From Chrysomallon squamiferum (taxonomy: Eukaryota > Animalia > Mollusca): a stretch of 64,000 nt of DNA. The stretch's first letter is position 1; each line of letters starts with the position of its first letter. Location: assembly GCA_012295275.1 (NCBI GenBank), contig CM022673.1, positions 13,330,001-13,394,000 on the forward strand, given 5' to 3'. Below the pieces are notes generated by a model, which saw only the letters and a program-made list of their open reading frames with translations, was not told where the DNA came from and did no database searches. This document shows, one piece after another, positions 24,233-37,790 of this stretch. A program made the translations under genes and the position numbers.

Positions 24233-27001
24233 AGCTTGCAGTTACATCAGGTCCTAAGACAAAAACATTTGCTTCTGACCCTGTCCGAGTTGTTTAAATA
24301 TTTTGTCGCTGTAATATGATAGACTGTCGTTGTAGTTAATATATTTGCAGTTCTAGATGCAATCGACAAGGATGACTGAATGAGATCGCTGACGTTACTA
24401 AAATGCAGAGAGAGAGCGATGTCTTACAAGTTTCATCTTTCATCAGATATCTGTTTTCAAAGTCCAACTTCATTTCCACTTGAAAGAGTAGCCTCTTATC
24501 CCTCTTTGTCGTCTTGTTTTTCATTTCTTCCTTCAACCCACTGATGTGTTTTATGACTCTGTCACTGATTCAGCCATTAATTTTTAATTGTCTCTTACAC
24601 TCATTCTTTGATTCTACAGTGGCCTGGTAAGCTGACCTAAATATGCAATGGATAGGGGCCTTTTTCCCCTACAACTGTCTGCCATGAATCCTAATTCCCT
24701 TAGGGTGATGGGGTGACGTTTTTCCTGTATGCTGGTCTACCATGCAGACGTTAACACCCAAGCAATGGCGGCGATTTTCTCGTACTACTTAAGTGAACTG
24801 CGTTATATGAAGATGCATATAAACAAAATTTAATATAGCTGTAACAAGATGGTGAATGTACATAATAATAAAATACATACATATATATATATATATATAT
24901 CAGACCTAATTACTCTATGGGTGGCGATGTGATGTTTCCCACAATTTTTCTCTTCTTCAAAGTGTAGATATCACATTTCATAGACATACTGGAGGGACAG
25001 ATCTACCTAAAACGCAATTATTGTTGTGAATTTAACTTTCAAAATGAAGTAAAATTTATTTGTAAAATAATAATAATAATATTACCGGTCTGAGGTGTTT
25101 GATACTGTGCTCCAGTTATTGTACACAGCCCGGACTAGTTTTGATTTGTAGTCTTTATTCATCATTTTTTTTTTTTTTTTTTTTTATTTATTTATCTTCT
25201 TTATTTTCTTCTTCTTTTTTCATAAAAAAAGTCCTCACTTTATAAGTTTTATGATAATTAAACCAAATTAAAACACAACGCTTGATATCTTTTTATTTTC
25301 AGAATTTGAGGACAATCAGATACACTCGCTGCAAAATCTTAAAATTTCTGAACTATTTGCATTAATAATTTTCGTCCTGTACTGTTAATAATAATAATAA
25401 TAATAATAAACACCTATGCGCATCGTTCATCACTAATAACTATATTCCCAGTTTATCGAACTTCAGGCCATGACCTTGATACAGGCGCACGTAGGCAGTA
25501 ACAAAACATGACCCAGTAAGAAAATCACAATTTGATTGGCTCATCGTCGACCAATGAGACTGCACCGATTCGGTGGATTCATTGATTTCAATGCATTTGA
25601 GCTGATTACTGAACGACGGGGTTACGTCTGATAGCAAAGAATGATCTCTCTGTCCTGCCGGCAAAATAACCTCATAACACGTCTTCACATTTATTGATCT
25701 CAGCTTTTTTTTTCTTTTTTTTAAAATCAAACCTGATATGGGCGTTACGTGGGTGCACATGCAAACTAAAACAAGAGGGCAGCGACGTCTCCGTTTCTGA
25801 TTTAGTAACATTACCTCAGCTGACCTTTGTAGCTGAAGTTGACAATAATAAATTGCACAAACAGGTAGACATTACAGCTAAGGCAATCGGTGAACGTCAA
25901 AACTATTAATAATAATAATGATGATGATGATGATAAAAACCGGTTATGGCGATACTTCTGTTAGTTAGAAATTGCAACAATGAATAAATAACTAAATAAA
26001 TTTGATTAAAATAAATTATATAATTTTTTATTATTATTATTATTATTTTTTATTATTTTTTTTTTATCTAAGAAGATACCTGTGTAGTAGACTGCAGAGC
26101 TTGTCTGAGATTAAGTAGGTCACATGAAACGTTCCTTTCAAATCACTCATGTCATTTCTTAACCATGTACATTTCACTTACGTATTATCAATAACACAAC
26201 TATTCACCACCGTATCGATATATATATATATATATCCTCCCGTATGCATGATTTGCAGAAATAGGAAATGTTTTCCGTTGTGTGCGTGTCACTGTTTGTG
26301 TAGCTTACAATAAATTTAATAAGAGCATTTCATTAAACTATTCAAGATCTGACATCAACATATTCATTTAATCTATAATTTAGGTATCTTTAAATTATAT
26401 GCGTTTGAGAATTATGACCATATAACTGATCACGTGCAAATTGGATGTGTTTACGTGCGCTAATATTGGAATCTATTATTCTCATTTTCTTCCTTATTTT
26501 TCTTTATTTTTTTATTTTATTTTATAATATTTTTTTAATTAGACTTTAGAGCTACAAATGATCAAGAACTAATTTCGTCATATTTTGCAAGTGTACTGAA
26601 ACTGTTTCATTATAATCAATATAAGTAGGCATCGAAAGACTGAAACTTGTCGCAGAATTAATCGATTAATCACGTTCAGCTTCTTAACGTGAATTATGTC
26701 GAAAATAATTTGCTTAATGGCGATCGAATAAATTCTTAACGATGACGTCACATCCAACAAAATCAGCAGTTAATCTGCACTCATTTTTTGAATGGATCAC
26801 AACATTGTAGTTTTACGCAGCAATTTTATTTATTATTATTATTATTACTTCTTTTTTTTTAGATGAATTTTATTGTGTTTGACACGATATCGCCAAGTCT
26901 CGTTTAATGTTACGAACTTGACTCGTTAAATGAAACATTTCTTCTCTCTTGATTATGAACAGTTATCAGTATTTGAACATAAATTGTGTTATGAAAACAG
27001 C

Positions 27002-27037
<36 letters not shown>

Positions 27038-27131
27038 ACACGCACACACACACACACGCACACACAAACAGCGAGAGGGAGAGAGAGAAGACACTCTCCT
27101 CCCCAATACCACTTCTTGTCAAGTTTTATTA

Positions 27132-27189
<58 letters not shown>

Positions 27190-27425
27190 TTGCTGTGTTG
27201 AAATGAATAACTGAACAATTTCAAAACGGTTCGGTGAAGAATAAAAGTACAAAAGTAACTGAAAACACAGCAGATTGTTTTATTTACACGCCACAGTACA
27301 CGGACACAAAAAACAAGAGAACAATTATCAGAGCAGAACGAAAATCAGTTGCTGTTTAATTTATGTAAATGATATCACCGACTAACATGAAATTAGTGTT
27401 GTAGACACATCTGTTTTCTTAACAA

Positions 27426-27459
<34 letters not shown>

Positions 27460-27667
27460 AAGAATAAACATAACATAAACCAGCACTAAACAAGTAGTAG
27501 TAGTAGTAATAAACAAAATAAAATAAATAAAAATGCTTGTATTTAAAAAGAGTTGAAATGAAATTTCTTTTAGTTTTATTTATTGTTAAAGCTGTACACG
27601 CTTAACTGAACATACACGATTTCACAAACGTCATACCTACGTATGTGCATACCCGCAATGTATCCGG

Positions 27668-27701
<34 letters not shown>

Positions 27702-28786
27702 CTATAATTAACCTGTAAAATTCGCTACGCAGTTAGAAAAATAACAAAATTTTAATAAATCCTGTTTTCAACAAGTATTATTAAAATATATTTAAATTTT
27801 TAGCAAATTTAACTTATATTTACCTAACAGCTAATGCCACTTTTTACGGATGTAAATCAAAGTTGTCCTTTCTCAAAAATAAATAAATAAATAAAATGCA
27901 CAGATATGGCTATAAATTTTATTTATGTATCCACGTTTTTTTTTTTTTTTTTTTTTTTTTCGTTTTTTTTCTAGTCGATTCATGCATGTACCTAATTAGG
28001 GAAATTAGAACGCGGGATATGGTATGTACAGGTTTCGATGAAGGCTTAAATGACTTGAAAATCAAATTATTTTCCACTGGAAGTTTTGTCATAAAAGTCC
28101 TGTTTTAGTCCAGGATAAAGCGTAAGGGTAATTCCCCTTTACAGATGACGGCTATTTCAGGGGGAGAGGCGTGTACTGTTTTTCTTTTTCATAATCAGAA
28201 TCATGTTTTGAGAAAAGTAAATAAAATAAAAACGTAAATGATTTAGCCTCAACGTAGAAACAAAATGTTTTGCAATGGATCTTATAGCCGACGTCCCTCC
28301 ATAGATGTCAAAAAAAAAAGAAAAGAAAAAAAGAAAGGAAGATTATGTGAACTGTCTGCCGTAATGCGCAGTAGAAATGTACTTTAATGTAACCAGTGTG
28401 GTAATTTTCCAGCGGTTTCGTTCTAAAAGACACTAACTTCATTACCTCCCTTGGCAATTACTTCTCAGAAAGCAGAAAAATGTTTCTGTTAAATTTAAAA
28501 GATTTAAAAGCGGTTCGGAGGGGCATGCACCCGGGCCTCCTCCCCCCTGGCAACTCAGATTACGTAGCCCTGATGTAAAAATATTTCTGCGTTCGGACCT
28601 AAATATGATGAAACAAAAAACACATTTTAAGTGTTCAACATGCATAAAGTTACACTGGTATTTTGTTAAGTAATATTATTATCCTTTTCCAGTATCCAAG
28701 CATAACTGATATGGAATTTCAGTCAACCATTTTGGCGCATTCGTTATTTACGGTTAGCCTAAAGCACGGTTCGTTTTAATTCTCTC

Positions 28787-28825
<39 letters not shown>

Positions 28826-28999
28826 AATGCATTTTTGGCCTTTGGCATCTTTCTGACATAACAACATCAATCAATTACGATTAAGTGTAATTTATATCAT
28901 CAAATTCAAGTTAAATTATATCTAAGAATATTTGCTGCACTGAATGTTCAAGATCAACACACACAATAGAAAATAACTGTGGATACAAAGAAAAAAAGT

Positions 29000-29010
29000 T
29001 TTATTTTATT
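29000..29010 (-). terminator. Putative distal polyadenylation signal of MADD (tandem AATAAA)
   Basis: tttattttatt on the + strand; downstream on the minus strand is U/GU-rich (ctttttttctttg...ttgtgtgtgttg); coincides with the end of CpG depletion. Confidence 0.4.
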
Positions 29011-29619
29011 AGTAAAACAACTAGACAACCAATCACATTTGGCTTATAAAAGAAACAATATTGCACTTTATATCATGTGAATACAGCTACAAATGAACAT
29101 TTTACAAATCAGTTGAAAAGAAAACTAAAATAAATAAAGAAAAGAAACAACTCAGTGAGGATTATCACAATTTACAGTCTGAATCTAATCCTTAAGTGGA
29201 CTAACAGTGTTAATCACACATATCCATCATGATTTCAGAAACCAAAATTTATCTTACATTATTCATTTTGTTTTTTCTTGGATTGAAAAAAATTAAATAT
29301 TTCTCAATGGGTATTACATGATTATTCAGCCTGGTAAAGAAAGGATGGATTTCTTCAAATAAAATAAAAAAAAAAAAAAAAAAATTATAATGCCTACATA
29401 ACATTGTCTGGCAGAAAAAAATAAAATAAAAAAAAATAAAATAAAATAAAATAAAATAAAATAAAATAAACATCAAATCACTATTTCATTATTTCATTAA
29501 CTCAAAAACTCAAAATTAAGCTTTAAACTCAATCAAAACAAGAAATTTAAACTAAAAAATATTCTAGATTATAGTATAACAAAAGTAAATAAAGTAAATA
29601 TTCTGTAACATAAAATATT

Positions 29620-29960
29620 AACAAAAATTGTAAATTCAGGAAAAGTATCCTGTTTTGAACAATTACAAATAGATTAAATGCATCTGAGATTTTTTTTTTT
29701 TTTCCACAAAGTAATTACAGATAGTGCACATCTGCTGTTTTGAATTATAAAAAAAAACTTGAATATATTTGCACTTTGAAAAACAATTACCACTGTCTGT
29801 TCTTTTAAATAATTACAAAAATGATTGTATATATCTATTGTTTTAAACAATTACAAACTGATTGTACATGTTTCAGTTACAAAAAGATTGCACGTATTTA
29901 CTGTTTTTAAACAATTACAAAAAGATTGTACAGATCTGTTGGTTAAACAATTACAAATGT
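29620..29960. repeat. Degenerate tandem repeat, about 35-40 bp unit (tgttttaaacaattacaaa..gattgtacat)
   Basis: The aattaca core recurs several times. Confidence 0.6.
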
Positions 29961-32504
29961 AATATAAAAAAACAAATAGTGTTTTTTCACCTGCCTATAT
30001 AACCAAAATTAGTAGAAACCAAATATCAACTTCTACAAAAATGCTTTTTAACACTGGAATCTTTTAGCTTCTTGTACAGTTTATATTTTTGGCATTCATA
30101 AATTATGCATATCATTCCAAAAATACTAATTATAAATAAGTAAAATAAAATGTTTAAAAAGTGATCATGTTAGAAAAACATACACATATAGTACTGCACA
30201 AGAATATTTTTTTAGGGCTAGATTTAGACATGGTAGGGTATCAAGCTATGGGAAGGAACAACTGTCCTATCTGACAAATATTAACAAAGAAAAAGATGAA
30301 GTAAACATAGAATTTAACTCTTGCAGAGTATTAAGCCTTAAATTGTTCTGTGATTAACAACCAAACCTGGCCCCTGTATGCAAAGTCTCCTAAAATCAGG
30401 AAGCCTGAAATAGATTCTGTTTAATACCCAAACCTGGCCCCTTTAGATCATGTGATCCCAAGTTATTATTTTTTTTTTTTTAAATCTTATGTCTAAATCT
30501 GGACCTGGTGCTGTAAAGAAAAAGAAATAAAAAGATCTGAGTTTAGTCTCAAATCTTAAACTATTCTAAATTCAATACGAAGTACAAAAGTTTCTATCAA
30601 GTGAAGGCAGCCTTTTATTGCTAGACATTTTGTGCTCTTCATTAGACAACCCACTCAATCACAACCCACTCTACTGTATAACCTGTGTTAACATGACTAA
30701 AAATGTGTCATAATTTTGTTTACATCAAATAAACCATCTCTATATTGACAGTTTTCTTTATCATTATTCTTTTCTTTCATTTGACCATGTGCGTGATCTA
30801 AGTGTCAACTAAATGTTTCTATTCACAAAACTTTTATAATTGTTACCAGTGTTTTAGTTTTTCTCTCATTCTTTCACTCTTTCATTCCTGTATCACACTC
30901 AGTGCATGAGCTGTTTCTGACTGGGCTGATCCATATTCTGTACAATTTTGTTATGTCTCATTCACCTATCAGTATATGCAGGATGTAACCACTTTTGACT
31001 TTTCCTAAATAAGAAACAATTCAGGATGGTATTACAATAACAAATCTTATCACAATTAATACTCTCTGATATTAGAAGATGATAATAATAACATCAATAA
31101 TAAATCATTAATAAATATTCTAAATTAATATTACAAGCAATTCAAATTTATAATGAATATAAATAAAAAAAAGAAAAAAAAAAGATGGGTAATATGTGTA
31201 GACATTGAAAAAACAACTTAAAGTGTGTCAAGTATGTGTGTATACATTACACACACACAGAGATTATTTTTACAGTGGCTACAGATATTTATATTTTTTA
31301 AAAAGTTCTAGGATTCTTTTATTAACTTATTAAAGCTCTAGGAATATTTTCTACCAGTCTGACACTGATCATGAGCTGACTATGGAAAAAAAAAAAAAAT
31401 AAACACTGGACTACAAACAAAAATCAGGTCAGATGACAAACAGCAGGCCATGCCTGGGACATTGCAGTATTAGCTTATGTCAATATCTCATGTATTAAGA
31501 AATTGTATTTTTAGTGAAATCGTGATCAAGATCAGCCCATACAGTTTTGTCCAAATACTGGATTATTTGACAAACATGCACTGACAATAAGCAAACACTG
31601 AAAACTGCTTCCTAGTTCTGATGTTCTGATTGAAACATCTTTTAAATTATATCAGAACATGTATGTGACAAACTGGCTAATTTTTCTTTACCTCTAGTGC
31701 ATTATCTCAAGTATTCAAACCGTTACCATAAATTTATAATAATTATAGTTAAAATTAGATTTTTCTTCCCAGTTATATGTATTGTTAAAAATGATCTTCA
31801 GTTTCTCTGTCACTGTAAGTGTATTTGCTTTCAGTGTGCAAATCCATTACAGATATGTCAAAAAGAATCCATTATTAATTTATCATGCACTTTGCAATTG
31901 TCACCAAGCCTTTTCTTGTAACAAGTTATTCATTTACTTTCTGTCCATAAATCTGTTTAACACAATTTTCATTATTACTCAACAATTTTTCGGACAAAAT
32001 TCTTACATAAGAATTAAAATTTATAGCAAGATTTGAATTATTGTTGAAACACTTCCTTCGACACACACGCACGTACAACTGGCTATAATCAAGTGGACTA
32101 TTACAGGGAGAGTTGACAGTTCTAATACTGTTTTAATAACAAATCCAGTAGAGACCAATGAGATTGCTCTTCTGTTAAACCAAACATCAGTTCTGTCAGA
32201 AACATTTCTACAGCTTTGAAAACACAAGCAATACAAGGATACATTTTTATCAGTTTAAATCATACAATTTACACCAGTATCACAGATGATAATCAAACCA
32301 CACGTTACACAGCTCTCCAGTATCTGTAACAAATTGTTGTTGTTTATTTTAATGATAAGTGCAAATAAGTCATGAAATATTTTTGTTTTGTCAAACAGTG
32401 AAAAGAAGAAAAAGAAAATGATCATTTAACTGACACTTACAAAAATTTATTCTTTTCTTTTTATTATCTGTGGACACGCATGACAAACTTTGCCAGAAGG
32501 TGAA

Positions 32505-32536
<32 letters not shown>

Positions 32537-33817
32537 CACATACTGAAAAACTGCTTAATATATATGTAGTTGATTAATCATCTGTGTCACAACCAATATA
32601 AAACTGTTAAGTGTATCCTTAACTACTGCAAATCATTTCTTCTTCTTCTTGTTTCTTTTTGCATTCAAACAGAATCCTTCCTGTAGAAAATGATGATGTC
32701 TTTCCAGGCAGTCTGCAGATTTCAAAGACAGGCCACCAGCCAGGAGAAATAATAAATCATCAAAAAAAAAAAAAAAAAGAAAAAAAGGGAGATTGAATTG
32801 AAGGAGATTAACTGGAAAATAAGATATCCTATTTAAAATGCTCCACACCCCATTTGACGGAATCAGACAAAAGATCCTTCTCAGACCTATCCTATTCAAG
32901 AGATCATATCCTGCACTTATTACCTAACATATCTTCATCCTATTTAGGTGTCTTTTTCAGAGGTCCTGCTTTATGAAAATGATCCAGCTAAGCAGGAGAT
33001 CCAACATGACAGAGATTTAATATTGTTTTAAAATAGCTGAAGCAAACATGATTATGTGCAAAATTGTTTCTCAAATAGTCAAGACACACCATAATAAACA
33101 TAACAAAAACAAAAGTCTATATTCAAATATAGTTATGTAAATAATCTTTTGTTGAAGGAATGTATAATATAAATAAACAATACAATTATATATTAATACG
33201 TATGTTTTAGATACACATAAAAGACATTAAAGTAAGTAGAAGTGTCAGAATGTGTGTGTGTATGCATGTTAATGTTAACATGCAAAAACTGCCCACAAAA
33301 AAACAACAACAAAAAAAACCCATTAAAAAAGAAGAAAAGAAAAAAGTGTATGCTGTTGGAAGACTGTACTAGACACTGTTGTCAACTGACAGTGAGCATG
33401 GAAAAGCACCTCAAAGTAATCCAAACAAGTTGAGCTTCGTAAGTTATACAGTGTTATCATGGCAACCACTCACACTTACAGATTAGGAAAATTTATCTTA
33501 ACGTGCAAATTTAAATGACTTTTGTGGTATCTCTGCTTGACGAATCTACTTAAATTGATTTTGGTTTACTTTAGTTTATTTCTACACTGAAATGTTTCAA
33601 TTTGTTAATGGGGCATTTGAAAGAAAGACTTGCTTGAAGTATGTGACTTATTTACATAATTATCACTTTGGTTAAAATATAATTAATGTCATGCATGATT
33701 CATATTATTTACATGTCTGTTAATTTTTTGTGAAACGGTCCCATCTTCAGCTTGCTTGCTCACTCTCTCTCTGTGTGTGTGTGTGTTTTTATGTACGTAT
33801 CAATCTATCTACACACA

Positions 33818-33852
<35 letters not shown>

Positions 33853-34108
33853 CACACACATACATATACATAAACATAAACATACATACATACATACATA
33901 TATATATCACATACACAAACATGAGCATATTTGTGTGCACGTGTGTGTGTATAATAATATATATATGTGGTTCATTGTAAAGCAGTTCAATGCATTTATT
34001 TACATATCTTTTGTCACTTTGGTTAATATGTTATGAAATGACATTACCTTCAGCTGAATCCACAATGCCTGGTATTCAGAAAATGACTGAGGTGAAAAAA
34101 TAAAAAAA

Positions 34109-34179
<71 letters not shown>

Positions 34180-35601
34180 AAAATAAAAAAAAAATAAAAT
34201 AAAATAAAATAAAATAAAATAAAATAAAATAAATAAATATTACTACTGTTGAAGATGATAATAAAATTAAATTTTCCATGAATTTAGAAAAATACTGAGA
34301 ATTGTTTTTAAATATAATGCATGCTAAAATAAATTGTCAAAGGGTACAAGAAGCATATTTTACAAGTGATGTATTGTAAATAAATCTGATACATCATTAT
34401 TTACATATTTATCTAATAAAAACTGTTACTTTCATTTACACAGCAGGGTAATCACTTTAGGAAATCCAAGGTAAACAAAAAATATCATCACAACTTTCTG
34501 TTACTTCTACCCTACACATTTCTAAATATCAAAAAATAGAATTATTTTTATTTGGTAAATTGAAAATATAAAATTTCAAAAAAAAAAAAAAAAAAAAAAT
34601 TATATTAGTTTTATTATCATATAAGTACTTTTTAAGTAAGGGCAATATTCCACAATTAAAATGAAAAATAAAATAATTCTTTATTATTTAGTTCTCATTT
34701 TGATTTTAATTTCACAAACCTAGAAAGCTTCAATTGGGCATAAGTAAAGGAAAATACAAGATTAGTGCACAAACCATAAAGCTCTTAATGTCTGCTTTAT
34801 ATATATATATATATAAGCAAACATATAAATGTATATAAAGTTTTTTTAACAAATTTTTTTATACATATTATTTACCTCAATGATTTTTATTATTAGAGCT
34901 CTCCAGAGCAAAAACAAAACCATACCTTTAATGCTTAATGCTGTTTAAAAGAATTAAAGCTAGAAGAAAAATAGTTGAATATACCAATATTCAAAGCATT
35001 TTGTGGCAAGCCTATTGGCAGGCTAACAAAGAAATAAAAGATTCTTAACCCATGGGAAAAAAAAAAAATTAAAATATTCCAGTATGTCTATATACAAATT
35101 TCTAAAGTGCAAAGCTGATAACATACCTTTACCCTTATTAAACGCAGAGGTTTTTTAAAAGATTGTTATCATCCTTGTTATGAATTAAAGACAAATTTAT
35201 TACCAATGATAATAATATAGCCATAACACAACTACAGAAAGATAATTGGGGATACAAAGTTATTGTTACTGAACATAAATATATCTGTGTTAGAAATTTT
35301 ATATGTGCATATAAAATTATTTGAAAGTATTATACTCAAGTTTTATGTTGCAGTAATTCATGGCTGACAAGCTTAGAAAGCCTTTCTGTAAATAAAATAT
35401 TAGCTGAAAAATATTGTAACACCTTAAGAGCCTTGTGCAGTCACACAATCAGAAATGTTACACCTGTTTTGTAAATGAAATTAATTTGCCGGCAATACAG
35501 CAATACCGTGTGGGTTTGGACTGGGAGAAATGTAACTTATGGAAGGCATACTGGATTTAAGAAGGACAAAAAAGGCAAGTTATCACTGGCTGGCGACCTA
35601 G

Positions 35602-35679
35602 TCATGACTGCTTCCTGTGCTCCATACCGGCTGCGATGTACGAGAATAAACACAGAACGGCATAACAGATCTGGTCAGC
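35602..35679 (-). CDS. MADD: MADD canonical terminal coding exon ([25 protein letters not shown])
   Basis: tttcag acceptor; matches the MADD C-terminal motif ICYxVLCLFSY. Confidence 0.92.
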   Translation of the reverse strand, partial: ADQICYAVLCLFSYIAAGMEHRKQS

Positions 35680-37754
35680 CTGAAACAGAGAGAGAGAAAC
35701 ATTTGTCATCTTCAAACTAAGTCTTAAGTCTCAGTTCATACATACATACATATAAACACACATACTACTATGTACATATGCATTGGCTAATTCATATTCT
35801 CTATGGTCTAATTAATTAGTGGTAAGTTACAGATAATTAGTGATGACTGTTAATTACTAGAAATGTTATCTAGCAGTTTGGTCTAAAGCACTGTGAAGAT
35901 CAGACCAGTGATTGCAAGTAACTAGTCAGAATAACTGTAAGTACTGTCTAAATGACTAGAAGTATTGTCTAAATGACTAGAAGTATTGTCTGAATGACTA
36001 GAAGTATTGTCTGAATAAAAAGAGGTATGGTCTAAATCACTAGCAATATGATCTAAATTATAGGGAAAATCTGATCAATAATTAGCCATAATTGTAATCA
36101 CTAGAGGTTTTGTCTAAATCACTAGAAGTATTGCCAGACAACTGGGAAGATAACACTAGTAATTAGCAAAATGAAAATAAATCCTTGATGCTATAATGAT
36201 TGTGCTATATCAGATTCTAGACAGCTTCCTAAAAATCATTTACGCACTTTTCTGTTACTAATCATTAAGAATAATTATAAACTGGCAATAACAGCTTTAC
36301 TAACCTACCAGAATTAAGAAAAAATAATGTATAACAAATAATGATTTAATATGAAATACATTGGTGACATTAAAGCAGTTTCATCCAATTCTACAGTTAA
36401 ACAATCTTTAATTAAAATAATTTGTTGTTTATTAATCCTAGAATCAATTTCTGCCTCAGAGGAAGTATTTTAATTATATGTCTGCATCTTACACATTGCT
36501 AAACAATAAAACTGAATTGTATGAAATGTAAGCAAAGTCTACATGTAGATTGTAATGTGTTTTAAACAGATATTCTTCAAAATTAGCAGTTAATATATAA
36601 TTTACAAGTAGTAGTATTCATTAATTAAACATGTACATTTTTAAAGTAATAACAGATTTTGAAAAGGTAATTTATACAATAATTAATTTCAGTGAAGGAC
36701 AAGAAAATATTCTAATATCTACAGTAATGGATACAAAATTGATATTCTAATGGTAAACTAGGTTTGCTCATGCATGCAATAGTGGGAAAAAAAGAGCATT
36801 ATCAATAAATAAATAAATAATGCTGTTATTTGAACTTGGTTTTTGTAATATCTGTTATTGATATTCCTTAAAATTATCATCATTAAAATTATTTTAAAAA
36901 ATTATTGTCTTAATTATTATTATTATGATGCTATAGTTATTATTATTATTATTATTATTATTATCATCATCATCATCATCAAAACAACTTTCTCTCTTTA
37001 AAAAAAAAAAAAAATTATAATAAAATATATATATATAAATAAACTATGAATAAAATAGATTTTCAGTAAATGAATTGTATTATCCTATTAGTAAAAGCAA
37101 GGTATATTTAACAGTTTCAGATATATCTGAGTAAATAAATAAACAAAAATTTTGTTTTCTTCCACAATTTGTCATTAGTGAAATGATTTACTTCTAATAA
37201 TTTTTTAGAATTATATCAAGTGTATAAAGATTTACGATCATTTTCCTTTCTTCATCTTGTTTTGTTAAAAATGTAAAATAAATAAATTATTCATTTTAGA
37301 AAAAAAAAGAAAACAAAAAGATAAACAAAAATTTTAAAAATAAATGTTGCATTTTCTCCACTGAATTATTTATAAATAATGAAGTAAAGTTAGCAGATAT
37401 TTCTTTTAATTTATTTTATAAAATGTGATGGCATAAACATGTAACACAAAAAAGTAATTATGAAATGGAAATTCTAGGTAATACTAAACACTAGTCTAGA
37501 AGTAAGTAAATAAATAAGCAGAAAATTAGATCACAACTGAAACAAAACATGTACTGCAATAAAAGTGCAACAAAAATCACATGCAAAGCTTTTAAGACAC
37601 TGTTGCATTAAATTAAATTAAATGAGATGTGAATTGTTTCTTCTTTTTAATTCAGAGTTGCATTACTGAATATTTTAAGTTAAATAAGTTTGATAATACT
37701 CAGTAGTACTCTGTTTTAAAGATATCCAAAATATTACATTTTAAATAAACAGTG

Positions 37755-37790
<36 letters not shown>

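Noticed and set aside
25440-25909. ORFs of 123 and 71 aa
   Set aside because: No recognisable domain and they span T-runs; better explained as regulatory DNA.
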